This document shows, one piece after another, positions 1 through 10,680 of a stretch of DNA of 64,000 nucleotides. The DNA lies in NCBI GenBank assembly GCA_963709345.1, contig CAVPVX010000011.1:1-64000 (forward strand), in the 5' to 3' direction. Source of the DNA: an uncultured Actinomycetes bacterium (lineage in GTDB: Bacteria; Actinomycetota; Thermoleophilia; UBA2241). The translations under genes were made by a program, and so were the position numbers. Position 1 is the first letter of the stretch. Every line of letters starts with the position of its first letter. The notes beneath the pieces were generated by a model. It was not told the DNA's origin. It made no database searches and saw nothing but the letters and a program-made list of their open reading frames with translations.

Positions 1-1
1 T

Positions 2-570
2 TTCCCCGTTGCCAGCCCATGGGAGTGGAAAGCCGAAGCCTGGGCTTCGTTCATTGGAGTAGGCGAACGTGACCAGCACTTCCCCCGCTATGCGACCAGG
101 ATTGACGAGGTCCGGCCAGAAGAACTGCTCGGGAGTTGGAGTCGAGCCGTCACCGCGCAACACACAACCGCGAGCGCCGAGTCCCCGCAGGTGCACTCGG
201 TCACGCATCTTGACTGGAAAGATCTCTCCGTTTCCGGCGGGCCCATAGAGGCCAGGCATGGCGTAGACCAACCCCTGGATGTCCGTGACGCCAGCATTGA
301 AGGTCGTGACGAGATGGTGCTCGACGGCGTCAATCGCGAATTGGAGCGTCTTGAATGGCGCGGTGCGGTCATCGACCTGCAGGAAGAACAAGGTTGGCGA
401 ACCCGGAATAATCCTTCCCGCATTGTCCACTCCGAACACAGGATCCACCCACGCATGGATGAGATGGCCGCAAGGGTCGGGATCTTGACCCGGGTCACCT
501 TGAATCAGCGAGGGGGGGGGGGGGGGGGCAGTGCGACAGTCAAGGCCACGAACAAGAAATCTGCGAGCAT
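2..570 (-). CDS. Secreted DUF1565-like protein, paralog copy 1. Runs off the window start; frameshifted at a poly-C tract after the signal peptide
   Basis: ATG at 570 with GGAG upstream gives MLADFLFVALTVALPPPPP. After the C17 tract the downstream frame reads LIQGDPGQDPDPCGHLIHAWVDPVFG...APFKTLQFAIDA...PGLYGPAGNGEIFPV...GNGE to the edge. Clear paralog of 2399-4630. Confidence 0.75.
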
Positions 571-890
571 CTGATTCTCCTTCGGGTTTTGGAGGGATGG
601 ACGGGGCGGGAAGTGACGGCCGGGACGTGGGTGATCTCTCCGGGCGTGAGGATGAAGCAATTGTCAAGCCCAAGGTGCATTCCCCAAAAATGCCGCCGGA
701 AAGCGTCAGGAGGCGCTGGCCAATTCGCCCGGACTGCCTGGTCTGTGCGCTTCCGCCCACCGTCCGCTCGAAATTCGCACAGTCCCGGGCAGAGTCGGGC
801 AGATTCACGCAGACCAACGTCCCACATCGCGAGGCCTTCCATCGCGGCAGAGGGGCCGAACAGGATACCGCAGCGGCGTTGCAAGGGGAG
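185..890. repeat. Direct repeat copy 1 (about 700 bp: gene 5' end plus upstream region) matching ~4246-4950
   Basis: 246-510 is identical to 4307-4571 by base-by-base reading; the flanks are similar but diverged. Confidence 0.9.
512..528 (+). repeat. G17 homopolymer (poly-C on the coding strand)
   Basis: Directly visible; lies immediately after the signal-peptide codons. Confidence 0.95.
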
Positions 891-1077
891 ACCGTGCGAG
901 GTCAGATGACTTCGAGACCTGCTCCTGTCCGACCGCAACCCCCTGCCTTGACCGGCCGCGCGCGCGCCCGCAGAGTCCTCGCTTGTTCCCGCAGCCCTCG
1001 CGGCCCGTTCGATTCCCTGGAATTCGGCGCGTGGCGCGCGGTCAAGATCACGCGATTGCCGCAGCAGGCCGGGCCGT

Positions 1078-2412
1078 CTACGGCGAGAGCGTGAACTCGA
1101 GGCCGTCGCTGAGCATCGCGTTGTTGGGAGCCGCAAAGCCGGGATCTCGGCCCCACCACTGGCATTGGACGGTGGTGCCGGGAAGCAGGAACGGGGACGA
1201 GTTCAACAAGTCTGCCGATGCGGTCGTGGCGTGGTACTTGTCCCAGATCATCGCGTTGTAGTCGATCGACCACGTGCCGGAGCAGTCCAGGGCGGGTAGT
1301 GGAGTGCCAGCCGTCGATCCTGGCGGAGAGCGCTGCACTGGCGTCCTCACGCATAGGAGACCGCCTTGGAACGGAAGCGAATAGCGGCCGTTCGTCGTGT
1401 AGAGCAGCAAGCCGGGTCGGTTGTTGTTGAGACTGCTGGCCCGGATGATGAAACCCGATTTCGCCGTTGGGCTGGCAATGCCGTCGGCGCTGAGGGAAGG
1501 AAGGCACGAGAGCGATGTGGTCTTGCTCAAGCAGTAGTTCGAGGCTGCGGTCGACCATCCGAACGCTAGGCCAGAGTACGCCACTGGAGTCACGACAACT
1601 CTGGTCGTAATCCAGGTCGTCGTGTCAATCCGATAGATGCCGCTGTTCAGCCCATTCTGAAAGTCCTCGAAGATGGCCCAGAGTTGATTGTTTGAGTCGT
1701 AGGCCATTTCCATGCAGATCGAATTGGGAACTGCCGTGGCTCCAACGTAGGCCGTCTGGCCCGTGGCAGGGTCCAAGACGAAGTACGTTTGGTATGTCCC
1801 TCTAGCCAACAATACTCCACCAGTACTGTCGATGGCCATTGAAACCCAATTGCCTGGGGGCGTTATCAACGGTCCGACCGTAAACGTCCCCGCGTTGGTG
1901 TCCATCGTCCCTGCGTAGTAGTCCGGTTGGTTCCAGCGATCAAGTACGACCGCTCGAACAATGCCTGCGACTGGATCGACATCCATCGCCTGCATGATCC
2001 AGCTTGCACCTATGGGTGTAAGCTGGATCGTGGAGGCATCCGCAGGATGGCACTTGATGACTCGATCCCAGAATCGATAGTTGCCCAAGCCGAACAACCT
2101 CCAATTGAACCACCCCAGCCTCGTAGGGACGGTTTGAGCTGGCGGAAGTGCCGTTGAGGATAGGACGGCTCCAGTTTGCGGATCCAGCCGGTCGAGTCGT
2201 GCACCGCCGTACGCGCGCAATGCGTACATCGTCTCGTTACTCTGTGAGCGACCTCGCGGGCAAAACACGAAGAGGATCAGCCCGACGCCGGCGCACCCAC
2301 AGAGGACCCGCATCACGGAGGAGATGCACGTGCTGAGCCGACAAGCGCGGATCGCCAGCATCGGAGTTCGCATCCTCGTCGAGAAATCCAATTGTTCGCT
2401 ATCGGTACTCAT
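1078..2412 (-). CDS. Secreted beta-propeller-like protein with a Planctomycetota-type C-terminal domain (probable start ~2313)
   Basis: Hydrophobic N-terminal segment, repeated beta-rich motifs (LDPQTG, LDPATG, IDTTT), and a C-terminal 'NYC..K..S..C.P....PFQGG.LC...Q.W.RDP....LSDGLEF' motif that I recognise from uncultured Planctomycetota proteins. Confidence 0.65.
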   Translation of the reverse strand: MSTDSEQLDFSTRMRTPMLAIRACRLSTCISSVMRVLCGCAGVGLILFVFCPRGRSQSNETMYALRAYGGARLDRLDPQTGAVLSSTALPPAQTVPTRLGWFNWRLFGLGNYRFWDRVIKCHPADASTIQLTPIGASWIMQAMDVDPVAGIVRAVVLDRWNQPDYYAGTMDTNAGTFTVGPLITPPGNWVSMAIDSTGGVLLARGTYQTYFVLDPATGQTAYVGATAVPNSICMEMAYDSNNQLWAIFEDFQNGLNSGIYRIDTTTWITTRVVVTPVAYSGLAFGWSTAASNYCLSKTTSLSCLPSLSADGIASPTAKSGFIIRASSLNNNRPGLLLYTTNGRYSLPFQGGLLCVRTPVQRSPPGSTAGTPLPALDCSGTWSIDYNAMIWDKYHATTASADLLNSSPFLLPGTTVQCQWWGRDPGFAAPNNAMLSDGLEFTLSP

Positions 2413-4630
2413 ACTGGAGATTGCTCCATAGTGCTGGATTGATCATGGCCTGTCCCGCCGCGTGTATAACGGCCTGTGCTCCAAAGTACCCAGTGGACAC
2501 TTCGGCGTCGGAAACAAAGAACTGCGAGAACGACCAGAATTGCGGCAGATTCCATGGAATCGTGCCACTGACGAGCGCGGGGCCAACGGATCCGGTGGCC
2601 CATGGCATAGCAGTTCCCATGGGGGGCACGGTCGAAGTAGACGCGTTGGTGAAACTGATCCACCGCGTCTGGAAACCAACGGGCAACAGCGGATTAACGA
2701 CCGATGTCGTGCGCGGAGGCTGCGTCCAAGCCGGCGGCGGGGCGACTGGCGGCGGCGCCTGCACCGCAAATACTCCATTGATGGTCACCTCCGGCGCACT
2801 GATTTGAAGCACCGGGAACAGCATGAATCGAGTCGGCCGGCCCGGCTCCAGCGTCGGATTCATGAACCCCGAGACATTGTGACTGTTCGAGTCGTTGGCG
2901 TAGTTACCAGCCATGATGAAGAGCTCGAACTCATCGAACCCGATGTCGATCGAACCGCCCGAGACCCTGGGGTTGCCAAATCCCTCGTGATCCCAGTCGA
3001 AAGACCGCAGCTCCTTGCAAGGCGATTCCTGGTAGGTCCAGCCTGGAGGATCGGTCGACAGGCTCGGCAGCGGATCGACGCCGGGCGACGATGTCGGCGG
3101 AATCGGTGTCACGCCGATGTTGATGAATGGAGAATTCGGAAGCAGCCGATGATCCCGGTACCGCGGAGGTCCCTGAGCGAGCTGCGTCTCCAGGTATTCG
3201 CCAACAAACAACGGATCAAGTCCCGTCGTACCACCATCGAATACTTCGAGAACAGGCATCGGGGGCTGCAGGTTTCCGACACAAGACGCGGGTTGAGCGA
3301 GGGCATTACAGCATCCATTCGTGTTTGGCCCTATCGGCCATGCGCAGAACTGTGATGGACTCCGACAATCGAAGAGCGCGGCAGGCGGAGACGTCCCCCA
3401 TCCGACGAACTGGGGAGTAACTTGAGCAGAAACAAACCTGCCATTGCTGAACCCATTGCTTTGTTGTCCGACTCTCGCAGCCGCGAACGCATTCGACTGC
3501 CGAGGTGGCGCACTGCCGGGGCGACATTGGCGTCGAAGAAATCAATCCCCAGCATTGCGAACGGCTTTGGATTCGTCCCGGGATCCAAGGGCACTGTCCG
3601 AAACAGATTATTAGCCAGGATGGGATTGCCGAGTCCGCGAAGAGTCATGTCTCGATCGGTGTTGGTCCAATTCGTTGGGCACCCCGTATCCGTGACATCG
3701 ATGATCGCGACTGCATCCATCTTCGAGTACGTCACAATCCCGAATCCCTCCCCGACCATTCCGAACTCGCCCATCAGGAATGTGTTGTTGGCGATCAATA
3801 CCTCCTGATCTGCATATCCGCCTGGGGCCGAATAGACCTTCGTCATCTCGATGCCGATGTAGGGTCCCTCCACGGTGACAATGCCCGAACTGGTGACAAC
3901 GTCCCAGTTCGTGCGCATGTCGAAAAGACAGTTTGTTATTCTGCCACGCAGGGTCGGTGCCCCGATGTAGGACGTCTGGCTGAGTTCCTTGTCGAACAAC
4001 ACCTGAACGTCCCCGCCCTGGAAAGTGAAGCTGTCGAGCAACTCGCTCGTTTCCCCGTTCCCGACCCACGGGAGTTGGAAGCCAAGGCCTGGGCTCCGGT
4101 CGTTCGAGTAGGCAAACGAGACCAGTACCTCCCCATCTGCGCGGCCGGGAGTGAGAACTGGGGGAGCGCTGATGTTCGGCCAGAAGACCTTTTGAGTTTG
4201 TGCCGATCGGTCTCCGCGCAACACACAGGCGCGGGCACCTTGACCGCGCAAGTGCACGCGGTCGCGCATCTTCACGGGGAAGATCTCTCCGTTTCCGGCA
4301 GGCCCGTAGAGGCCAGGCATGGCGTAGACCAACCCCTGGATGTCCGTGACGCCAGCATTGAAGGTCGTGACGAGATGGTGCTCGACGGCGTCAATCGCGA
4401 ATTGGAGCGTCTTGAATGGCGCGGTGCGGTCATCGACCTGCAGGAAGAACAAGGTTGGCGAACCCGGAATAATCCTTCCCGCATTGTCCACTCCGAACAC
4501 AGGATCCACCCACGCATGGATGAGATGGCCGCAAGGGTCGGGATCTTGACCCGGGTCACCTTGAATCAGCGGGGGGGGGGGGGGGGGGCAGTGCGACAGT
4601 CAGGGCCATGAACAGGAATTCTGCGAGCAT
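2399..4630 (-). CDS. Secreted DUF1565-like protein, paralog copy 2. One gene of roughly 740 aa split by two frameshifts (poly-C at 4571-4588 and a short C run near 3518)
   Basis: ATG at 4630 gives MLAEFLFMALTVALPPP; ORF 3331-4509 carries the DUF1565-like PFKT..AI..PG.Y...GEIFP motif. An alternative frame from ~3515 (GSAPPRQSNAFAAARVG...) runs without a stop into ORF 2399-3259, which has a choice-of-anchor-Q-like D..G..R..G..IDIG.DE motif. Confidence 0.7.
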
Positions 4631-4950
4631 CTGAGTCTACTTCGGGTTTTGACGGCCTGGACGGGGCGGGAAGGGACGGCCGGGAACTGGGTGTCTTCTC
4701 CGGGCGCGGGGAGGATGCAATTGTCAGGCCCGCAGTGGATTCCCCCTCCGGTGTTGCCGGAAAGCGCGGCGAGGGGCTGAGGCCGGGGCTCGAAGAGCGC
4801 TTGGCCTGTGCGCTTCCGCCCACCCTCCGCTCGAAATCCGCACGGGCCTGGGACAAAGTGGGGCAGGTTCACCCAGACCGACGTCCCACATCGCGAGGCC
4901 TTCCATCGCGGCAGAGGGGCCGAACAGGATACCGCGGCGGCGTTGCAAGG
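4246..4950. repeat. Direct repeat copy 2
   Basis: Matches 185-890 at an offset of about 4060 nt. Confidence 0.9.
4571..4588 (+). repeat. G18 homopolymer (poly-C on the coding strand)
   Basis: Directly visible. Confidence 0.95.
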
Positions 4951-5004
4951 GGAAAATCCTCGGACCGCACGCCAGTCGTGCCGGCCTGCCTCAGCGCCCC
5001 GCCG

Positions 5005-6021
5005 CTACGCCGGCAATTCGAAAATCGAGACGCGCGTCTCCTCGGCCACCAGGCATGCGCCCTGGGCCACGGACCAGGCGACGCGCTCGTCGAGTCCGGG
5101 GACGGCCCACTCGTCGAGCCGGCGGCCGCTCAGCGCGTCGCGCGCCTCGAGCAGTGCGCCCTTGATCACGTACAGGCGCCCGGCGTCGGCGTGCACGGCG
5201 ACCTCGGGAAACTCGCCGTCCTCTTCCCCCTCGAGTGCTTCGTACCACAAGGGCGCGTCGCCGGCCTTGGCGTCGGGCTTCAGCGCGAAGAGCGCCAGGC
5301 CGGGACCGAGTTCCTGATCGTCGCTGCGCCGCAGGTACTCGATCAGCGCCTCGCGCGGCAGCGCCGCGGTCAGGTTGTCGAGCAGCACGGTCAGACTGCC
5401 CGAGTCCGCCGCGAGATCGTGGATCACCGACTGCTCGGCGGGGATCAGCGCCGTCACGTAGTGACCGTTCTTCACGTCGAGCGCGATCAGACCCTGCTTC
5501 TTCTTCGCCTCGTGCGAAGCGACGACGAACACGCGCGAACCCTGGCGCGCGATGTTGTGGTAGCGCTCGCCTTCCTTCGAATAGGTCCAGCGCTCCTGCA
5601 AAGTGCGCGGATCGATGGCGACCACCTTGCGCTTGGAAGCGATCACGACCACGTCGTCGAAGACGATCGCCTCGTCAAAGGCTGGAATCGCGCGCGCGTC
5701 GAGCAACTCACCCGTGGCAAGCGTCATGCGCACGATGCGGTGGCCGTTCGACGAGGGGCCCGCCACCAGCACATCTTCCTGCGGGCCGAATCCGGCGCCG
5801 AAGCCGCGGCCGTAGCCGACTTCGCACGGCGAGACCCACAGGATTTCACCGCTGCTGCGATCGAGCGCGCCGAGTTTGCCGGGAATCGCCGCGTCGATCC
5901 AGCGCTCGCCCGCAGGCGGCTCGTAGACGTGAACCAGGACGGGCCCGCTGTCGGCGACAGCGATGCCGTCCACTTCGAATTGGAGTTCGCGGCTCCAGCG
6001 GCGTCGCGCAGTGCGTGTCAT
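5005..6021 (-). CDS. PQQ-like/BamB-type beta-propeller repeat protein
   Basis: Repeated ALD..SGEILW / [11 protein letters not shown] / ALDVKNG / ARDALSGR motifs; GC3-biased codon usage. Confidence 0.6.
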   Translation of the reverse strand: MTRTARRRWSRELQFEVDGIAVADSGPVLVHVYEPPAGERWIDAAIPGKLGALDRSSGEILWVSPCEVGYGRGFGAGFGPQEDVLVAGPSSNGHRIVRMTLATGELLDARAIPAFDEAIVFDDVVVIASKRKVVAIDPRTLQERWTYSKEGERYHNIARQGSRVFVVASHEAKKKQGLIALDVKNGHYVTALIPAEQSVIHDLAADSGSLTVLLDNLTAALPREALIEYLRRSDDQELGPGLALFALKPDAKAGDAPLWYEALEGEEDGEFPEVAVHADAGRLYVIKGALLEARDALSGRRLDEWAVPGLDERVAWSVAQGACLVAEETRVSIFELPA

Positions 6022-6052
6022 CGCGTCGATTCTGGCAGCCGACTTGGGAGGA

Positions 6053-6763
6053 TCAACCCTTTTCCGGCTCGCGCTTGCTGTCGAGGATCTTCTCGGCGAT
6101 GTTGCGCGGGACGTCGCGGTACTCGTGCAACTCCATCGCGTACGAACCGCGGCCCTGCGTCGCTCCGCGCAGTGCGGACGAGTACGCGAACATCTCCGCG
6201 ATCGGCACCAGCGCGCGGATGATGCGCAGGTTGCCCAGTGCGTCCACGTCCGAGACTTCCCCGCGGCGGCTGTTCAGGTCGCCGACGACGCCGCCCATGA
6301 ATTCATCGGGCACGCGCACCTCGATCTTCATGATCGGCTCGAGCAGCGAGACGTTGTTGTCCGCAGCTTGGCGGAACGCGAGCACGCCCGCGGACTGGAA
6401 AGCCATTTCGCTGGAGTCCACGTCGTGGTACTTGCCGTCGAACAGCGTGGCCCTGACGTTGACGAACGGGAACCCGGTGCGGCCACCGGAGTTGAAGCCC
6501 TCGGTCAGGCCCTTTTCCACCGCCGGGATGTACTCGCGCGGGATCGATCCGCCCTTGATGCCATCGACGAATTCGAAACCGCCGCCCTCGGTGGGCACGG
6601 CTTCGAAGCGCACCCAGGCGACGGCGTACTGGCCGCGTCCGCCCGATTGACGGATGAAGCGCGCTTCGGTCTCCATGTTCTTCGCCAGACGCTGCTTGTA
6701 GGCGACCTTCGGCTTGCCGGTGGTCACCTCGCACTTGTGATCGTTCATGATCCGGTGCGTGAT
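6053..6763 (-). CDS. fusA: Elongation factor G, C-terminal part only (domains IV-V), truncated at the junction
   Basis: [65 protein letters not shown]. Homology stops just upstream of ITHRIMND. Confidence 0.9.
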   Translation of the reverse strand: MTHRIMNDHKCEVTTGKPKVAYKQRLAKNMETEARFIRQSGGRGQYAVAWVRFEAVPTEGGGFEFVDGIKGGSIPREYIPAVEKGLTEGFNSGGRTGFPFVNVRATLFDGKYHDVDSSEMAFQSAGVLAFRQAADNNVSLLEPIMKIEVRVPDEFMGGVVGDLNSRRGEVSDVDALGNLRIIRALVPIAEMFAYSSALRGATQGRGSYAMELHEYRDVPRNIAEKILDSKREPEKG

Positions 6764-6784
6764 CGCTGCCGGGGACTAATCAGC

Positions 6785-7789
6785 ATGACCTACACAGTCA
6801 CCCTCATTCCCGGCGACGGCACCGGCCCGGAGCTCGCCGCCGCCCTCGAGACCGTGATGGCCGCGACCGGCGTCCCCATCGTGTGGGAGGTCCACGACGC
6901 CGGCCTCGACGTCATGGACGAGTACGGCACGCCGCTGCCCGAGCACGTGCTCGAGTCGATCCGCCGCACCAAGGTGGCGATCAAAGGACCGATCACGACG
7001 CCGGTGGGCAAGGGCTTCCGCAGCGTCAACGTGGCGCTGCGCAAGGAGCTCGACCTGTATGCCTGCCTGCGGCCCTCCAAGACTATGACGGGCGTGCGCA
7101 GCCGCTTCGACGACATCGATCTCGTCGTCGTGCGCGAGAACACCGAGGATCTGTACGCCGGCATCGAGCACATGGTCACTCCCGATGCCGCCGAGAGCAT
7201 CAAGATCATCACCCGCAAGGGCAGTGAGCGTATCGCTCGCTTCGCCTTCGAGTACGCGCGCCGGCACAAGCGCCGCAAGGTGACGGCGGTGCACAAGGCC
7301 AACATCATGAAGTGCACCGATGGGCTCTTCCTGCGGGTCGCCGGCGAAGTGGCGGAGGCGTATCCGGACATCGAGTTCGAGGACCGCATCGTCGACAACA
7401 TGTGCATGCAACTGGTCCAGAAGCCCGAGTTGTACGACGTCCTCGTGCTCCCGAACCTGTACGGCGACATCGTGAGCGACCTGTGCGCCGGCCTCATCGG
7501 CGGTCTCGGCGTCGCGCCGGGCGCCAACATCGGCGACGACGCGGCCGTCTTCGAGCCGGTGCACGGCAGCGCCCCCAAGTACGCCGGCCTGGACAAGGTG
7601 AACCCGACCGCGATCCTGCGCTCGGGCGTCCTGCTGCTGGAGCACCTCGGCGAGGACGAGGCCGCGCGCCGGATGGAAGACGCGATCGCCGCCGTGATCG
7701 CCGAGGGCGTCGAGGTCACCTACGACCTCGGTGGGACGGCGGGCACCAGCGGTATGGCCACCGCCATCGCCGAGCGCATACGCGGCTGA
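6785..7789 (+). CDS. NAD-dependent isocitrate/isopropylmalate dehydrogenase family protein
   Basis: [54 protein letters not shown]. Confidence 0.92.
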   Translation: MTYTVTLIPGDGTGPELAAALETVMAATGVPIVWEVHDAGLDVMDEYGTPLPEHVLESIRRTKVAIKGPITTPVGKGFRSVNVALRKELDLYACLRPSKTMTGVRSRFDDIDLVVVRENTEDLYAGIEHMVTPDAAESIKIITRKGSERIARFAFEYARRHKRRKVTAVHKANIMKCTDGLFLRVAGEVAEAYPDIEFEDRIVDNMCMQLVQKPELYDVLVLPNLYGDIVSDLCAGLIGGLGVAPGANIGDDAAVFEPVHGSAPKYAGLDKVNPTAILRSGVLLLEHLGEDEAARRMEDAIAAVIAEGVEVTYDLGGTAGTSGMATAIAERIRG

Positions 7790-7839
7790 CGGCCGGCGGA
7801 GCGGCTGCGCCGCCGCCGGCCCCGAGAGGAGAGATCTGC

Positions 7840-8139
7840 ATGGACGACGACGAGCGCCACATCAACCTGCACGCCACACCGGAGATGATGGCGGGCGTCT
7901 ACGCCAACTTCGCCAACGTCAGCCACTCGGACTACGAGTTCTCGATCACCTTCGTGCGTCTCGACCACGAGAGCGAGGAGCCGGGCGAGATGAACGGGGT
8001 CGTGGTCAGCCGCGTGAACCTGTCCGCCCGGTTCATGAAGGAACTGATCGACGCCATGGCCGACAACCACAGCAAGTGGCAGGCGGCGGAGAACATCCGC
8101 GACCTGCCGGAGGCGCCCGGCCACAACCAGCAGGCGTAG
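7840..8139 (+). CDS. DUF3467-like small protein
   Basis: GVYANFANVSHSDYEFSITF motif; SD GAGGAG upstream; TAG stop. Confidence 0.75.
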   Translation: MDDDERHINLHATPEMMAGVYANFANVSHSDYEFSITFVRLDHESEEPGEMNGVVVSRVNLSARFMKELIDAMADNHSKWQAAENIRDLPEAPGHNQQA

Positions 8140-8347
8140 CAGCGCTGCCCGCGGGTGCGCCACAATGGCTAAGTGAGCCGGGTATTCGGCTCCGTTTTGT
8201 GCTGCATTCCGAGGATTTCCAGGCGTTGCCCCGCAGACGGGGGTTGGCTACAATGGCGAGGCCTGCAATCCCACCGCCCGCGTTCGAGGCCTCGCGCCAG
8301 GCGCCGCGAGCTGCGGAGACCTTGTCGCACGTCTTCAGGAGGACGCA

Positions 8348-10165
8348 TTGGACTTCTACCAAGGCAAAGTGCTCAGGATCGACTTGAGCGCCATGACCTC
8401 CGCGGTAGAGCCGCTCAACATGGAATGGGCTCGGCTCTACATCGGCGGTAAGGGTCTCCTCTTCCGGTACCTGTGGGAGGAGGTCACGCCGAAGATGGAC
8501 CCGTGGGCCCCTGAGGCGCCCATCATCCTCATGACGGGCCCGTTCGCCGGCACCAACGTCAGCACGGCCTCTCGCTTGGTCGTGGGGTGCAAGAGCCCGG
8601 CTACCGGGATCCTCAACGATAGCTATGTCGGAGGCGCGTTCGCTCCCGAGATGAAGTTCGCCGGGTACGATGCGGTCATCATCAAAGGTGAGGCGGCGGA
8701 GCCGACCGTGATCGTCGTCAAGGATGATGTGGTGGAGTTCCGCCCCGCTGCGCCGACGTACTGGGGCATGAAGACCTCCGAGATCGAAGAGGCCATGCGC
8801 CGGGACGTCGACCCCGACGCCAGGACATTGTCTATCGGGCCCGCCGGCGAACAGCGCATACCGTGGGCCTGCATCAGCACGGATCAGTACCACAAGGCCG
8901 GACGTGGCGGCCACGGCGCCCTCATGGGCAAGAAGAACCTCAAGGCTCTCGTCATGCACGGCACCGGGAGCGTCTCAGTGGGTGACGCCAAAGCGTTTCT
9001 CGCCGACATGTACCGCATCCACGAGGAGTTCGTGCTCACGGAAGACAACCTCTGGGCACACGAGGAGGGCACGCCGATCCTCGTCGACCTCGTCAATGGC
9101 GCGGGCGCCATGCCAACGAAGAACTGGTCGGCCGGTAGCTTCGAGGGCACAAAGAACCTCAACAGCGAGTCCTTCCAGAAGATCCGCGTCAAGAAACGCG
9201 CTTGCTACCAGTGCGCGATCGCCTGCCGCAATTTCCACGGTACGACGTTCGCCGGCGACGAGGTCCGCGGCGAGGGCCCGGAATACGAGACCATCGCCTT
9301 GTGCGGAGCCAACTGCGGCATCGACGACATCGACGCCCTCATGAAGTTCAACGAGCTCTGTGACGAGTGGGGGCTGGACACGATCTCGTCCGGTTCGGTC
9401 GTCGGCCTTGCGATGGATCTCACCGAGAAGGGCATTCACGATTTCGGTGTCCGCTTCGGTGACGTGGCGAGCTACGTCAAGATGCCCGAGCTGATCAGCA
9501 AGCGTGAGGGTGTCGGCGCCGATCTCGCCTTGGGTGCGCGGGCGCTGGCGGCGAAGTACGGTCACCCGGAACTCTCGTACGACGTCAAGGGCCTTGAGCT
9601 CCCCGGGTATGACCCGCGGGGGTCCTTCGGTATGAGCGTCGGCTATGCGACCAGCGACCGTGGCGGCTGCCATATGCGTACCTATCCGGTGGGCGACGAG
9701 ATCTTGGCCGGCACGTCGCCGGCCGACGAGATCGGTGGCGCCAAGGTCGAGCAGATCGTCGTCGGCGATTCGTCCAAGGGCTTCATCGGGCAGAACATGA
9801 GCTCGGTCAAGTTCACCGGTATCTGGTGCGACTTCTGGGCGGTCACTCCTGATCAGATCGCACAGATGTTCAAGCATGTCTTCGGGCGTGAGTTCACCAC
9901 CGAGGATATTCTCACGATCGGTGAGCGCATCTGGAACCTCGGCCGTCTGTTCAATCTGCGCGAGGGCGTTGAGAAGGATGGTCTTCCAAAGGCTCTGTAC
10001 GCCGAGTCCGGAGCCTTCAAGGACGGTCCCTCGGCCGGCAAGGCGATCGGCGAAGACGTGTTCGCCGAGCGCATGGAACACTACTATGAGATACGCGGCT
10101 GGGACGAGAGCGGCGTGCCCACCGAGAGCAAACTCGCCGAGCTCGGCGTCGACGTCCGCCTTTAG
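8348..10165 (+). CDS. aor: Aldehyde:ferredoxin oxidoreductase (AOR family, W/Mo-pterin)
   Basis: KSPATG, SIGPAGE, GRGGHGALMGKKNLKA, CYQCAIAC, EGPEYET, DEWGLDTIS, YDPRG, RGGCH, RGWD..GVP. TTG start after AGGAGG. Confidence 0.92.
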   Translation: MDFYQGKVLRIDLSAMTSAVEPLNMEWARLYIGGKGLLFRYLWEEVTPKMDPWAPEAPIILMTGPFAGTNVSTASRLVVGCKSPATGILNDSYVGGAFAPEMKFAGYDAVIIKGEAAEPTVIVVKDDVVEFRPAAPTYWGMKTSEIEEAMRRDVDPDARTLSIGPAGEQRIPWACISTDQYHKAGRGGHGALMGKKNLKALVMHGTGSVSVGDAKAFLADMYRIHEEFVLTEDNLWAHEEGTPILVDLVNGAGAMPTKNWSAGSFEGTKNLNSESFQKIRVKKRACYQCAIACRNFHGTTFAGDEVRGEGPEYETIALCGANCGIDDIDALMKFNELCDEWGLDTISSGSVVGLAMDLTEKGIHDFGVRFGDVASYVKMPELISKREGVGADLALGARALAAKYGHPELSYDVKGLELPGYDPRGSFGMSVGYATSDRGGCHMRTYPVGDEILAGTSPADEIGGAKVEQIVVGDSSKGFIGQNMSSVKFTGIWCDFWAVTPDQIAQMFKHVFGREFTTEDILTIGERIWNLGRLFNLREGVEKDGLPKALYAESGAFKDGPSAGKAIGEDVFAERMEHYYEIRGWDESGVPTESKLAELGVDVRL

Positions 10166-10177
10166 GAAGGGAATCCG

Positions 10178-10678
10178 ATGCCACACGTGATGATCAGCAG
10201 CAAGAAGTGCACCGGCTGCCATATGTGCGAACTGGCCTGCTCCGCCCACCATGAGGGCAGCTATCGGCCGTCGGTGGCGCGACTCTTCTCGGAGGTCAAT
10301 CCCACGACGGCGGCGATCAAGGGCCACACCTGTCTGCAGACCGCCTGCGCGAAGTGCCAGGACGCCTGCCCCCACGATGCGATCCTGACGAAGCGCATCA
10401 CCGTCAAGCCGAGCGGTGAGTTCGCGAGCAAGGAGAAGGTCGGCGAGTCGGTCGAGGGCTACGTCCTCGTCGTCGACGAGTCCAAGTGCACCAACTGCGG
10501 CGAGTGCTACGACGTCTGCCCGACGGGCGTGATCCACGAGCATCCCGACCGCCACGTCGCCTTCAAATGCGACCTGTGCGACGGCGAGCCGCAGTGCATC
10601 GCCTTCTGCCAGAACCCGTACGTCCTCGCCGTGGACCTGAAGGTGGACAAGATGGACAGGGAGCTGGTGGAGGCCTGA
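10178..10678 (+). CDS. 4Fe-4S dicluster ferredoxin-like protein
   Basis: Four Cys motifs (CTGCHMC..AC, CLQTACAKC..ACP, CTNCGEC..VCP, KCDLC..C..FC). Confidence 0.9.
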   Translation: MPHVMISSKKCTGCHMCELACSAHHEGSYRPSVARLFSEVNPTTAAIKGHTCLQTACAKCQDACPHDAILTKRITVKPSGEFASKEKVGESVEGYVLVVDESKCTNCGECYDVCPTGVIHEHPDRHVAFKCDLCDGEPQCIAFCQNPYVLAVDLKVDKMDRELVEA

Positions 10679-10680
10679 GC

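Noticed and set aside
185-4950. Diversity-generating retroelement TR/VR pair
   Set aside because: The repeat covers gene 5' ends and upstream DNA, the mismatches are not adenine-specific, and no reverse transcriptase is present.
5963-7789. 608-aa ORF spanning the junction
   Set aside because: Its first part is the antisense shadow of fusA; the real gene starts at 6785.
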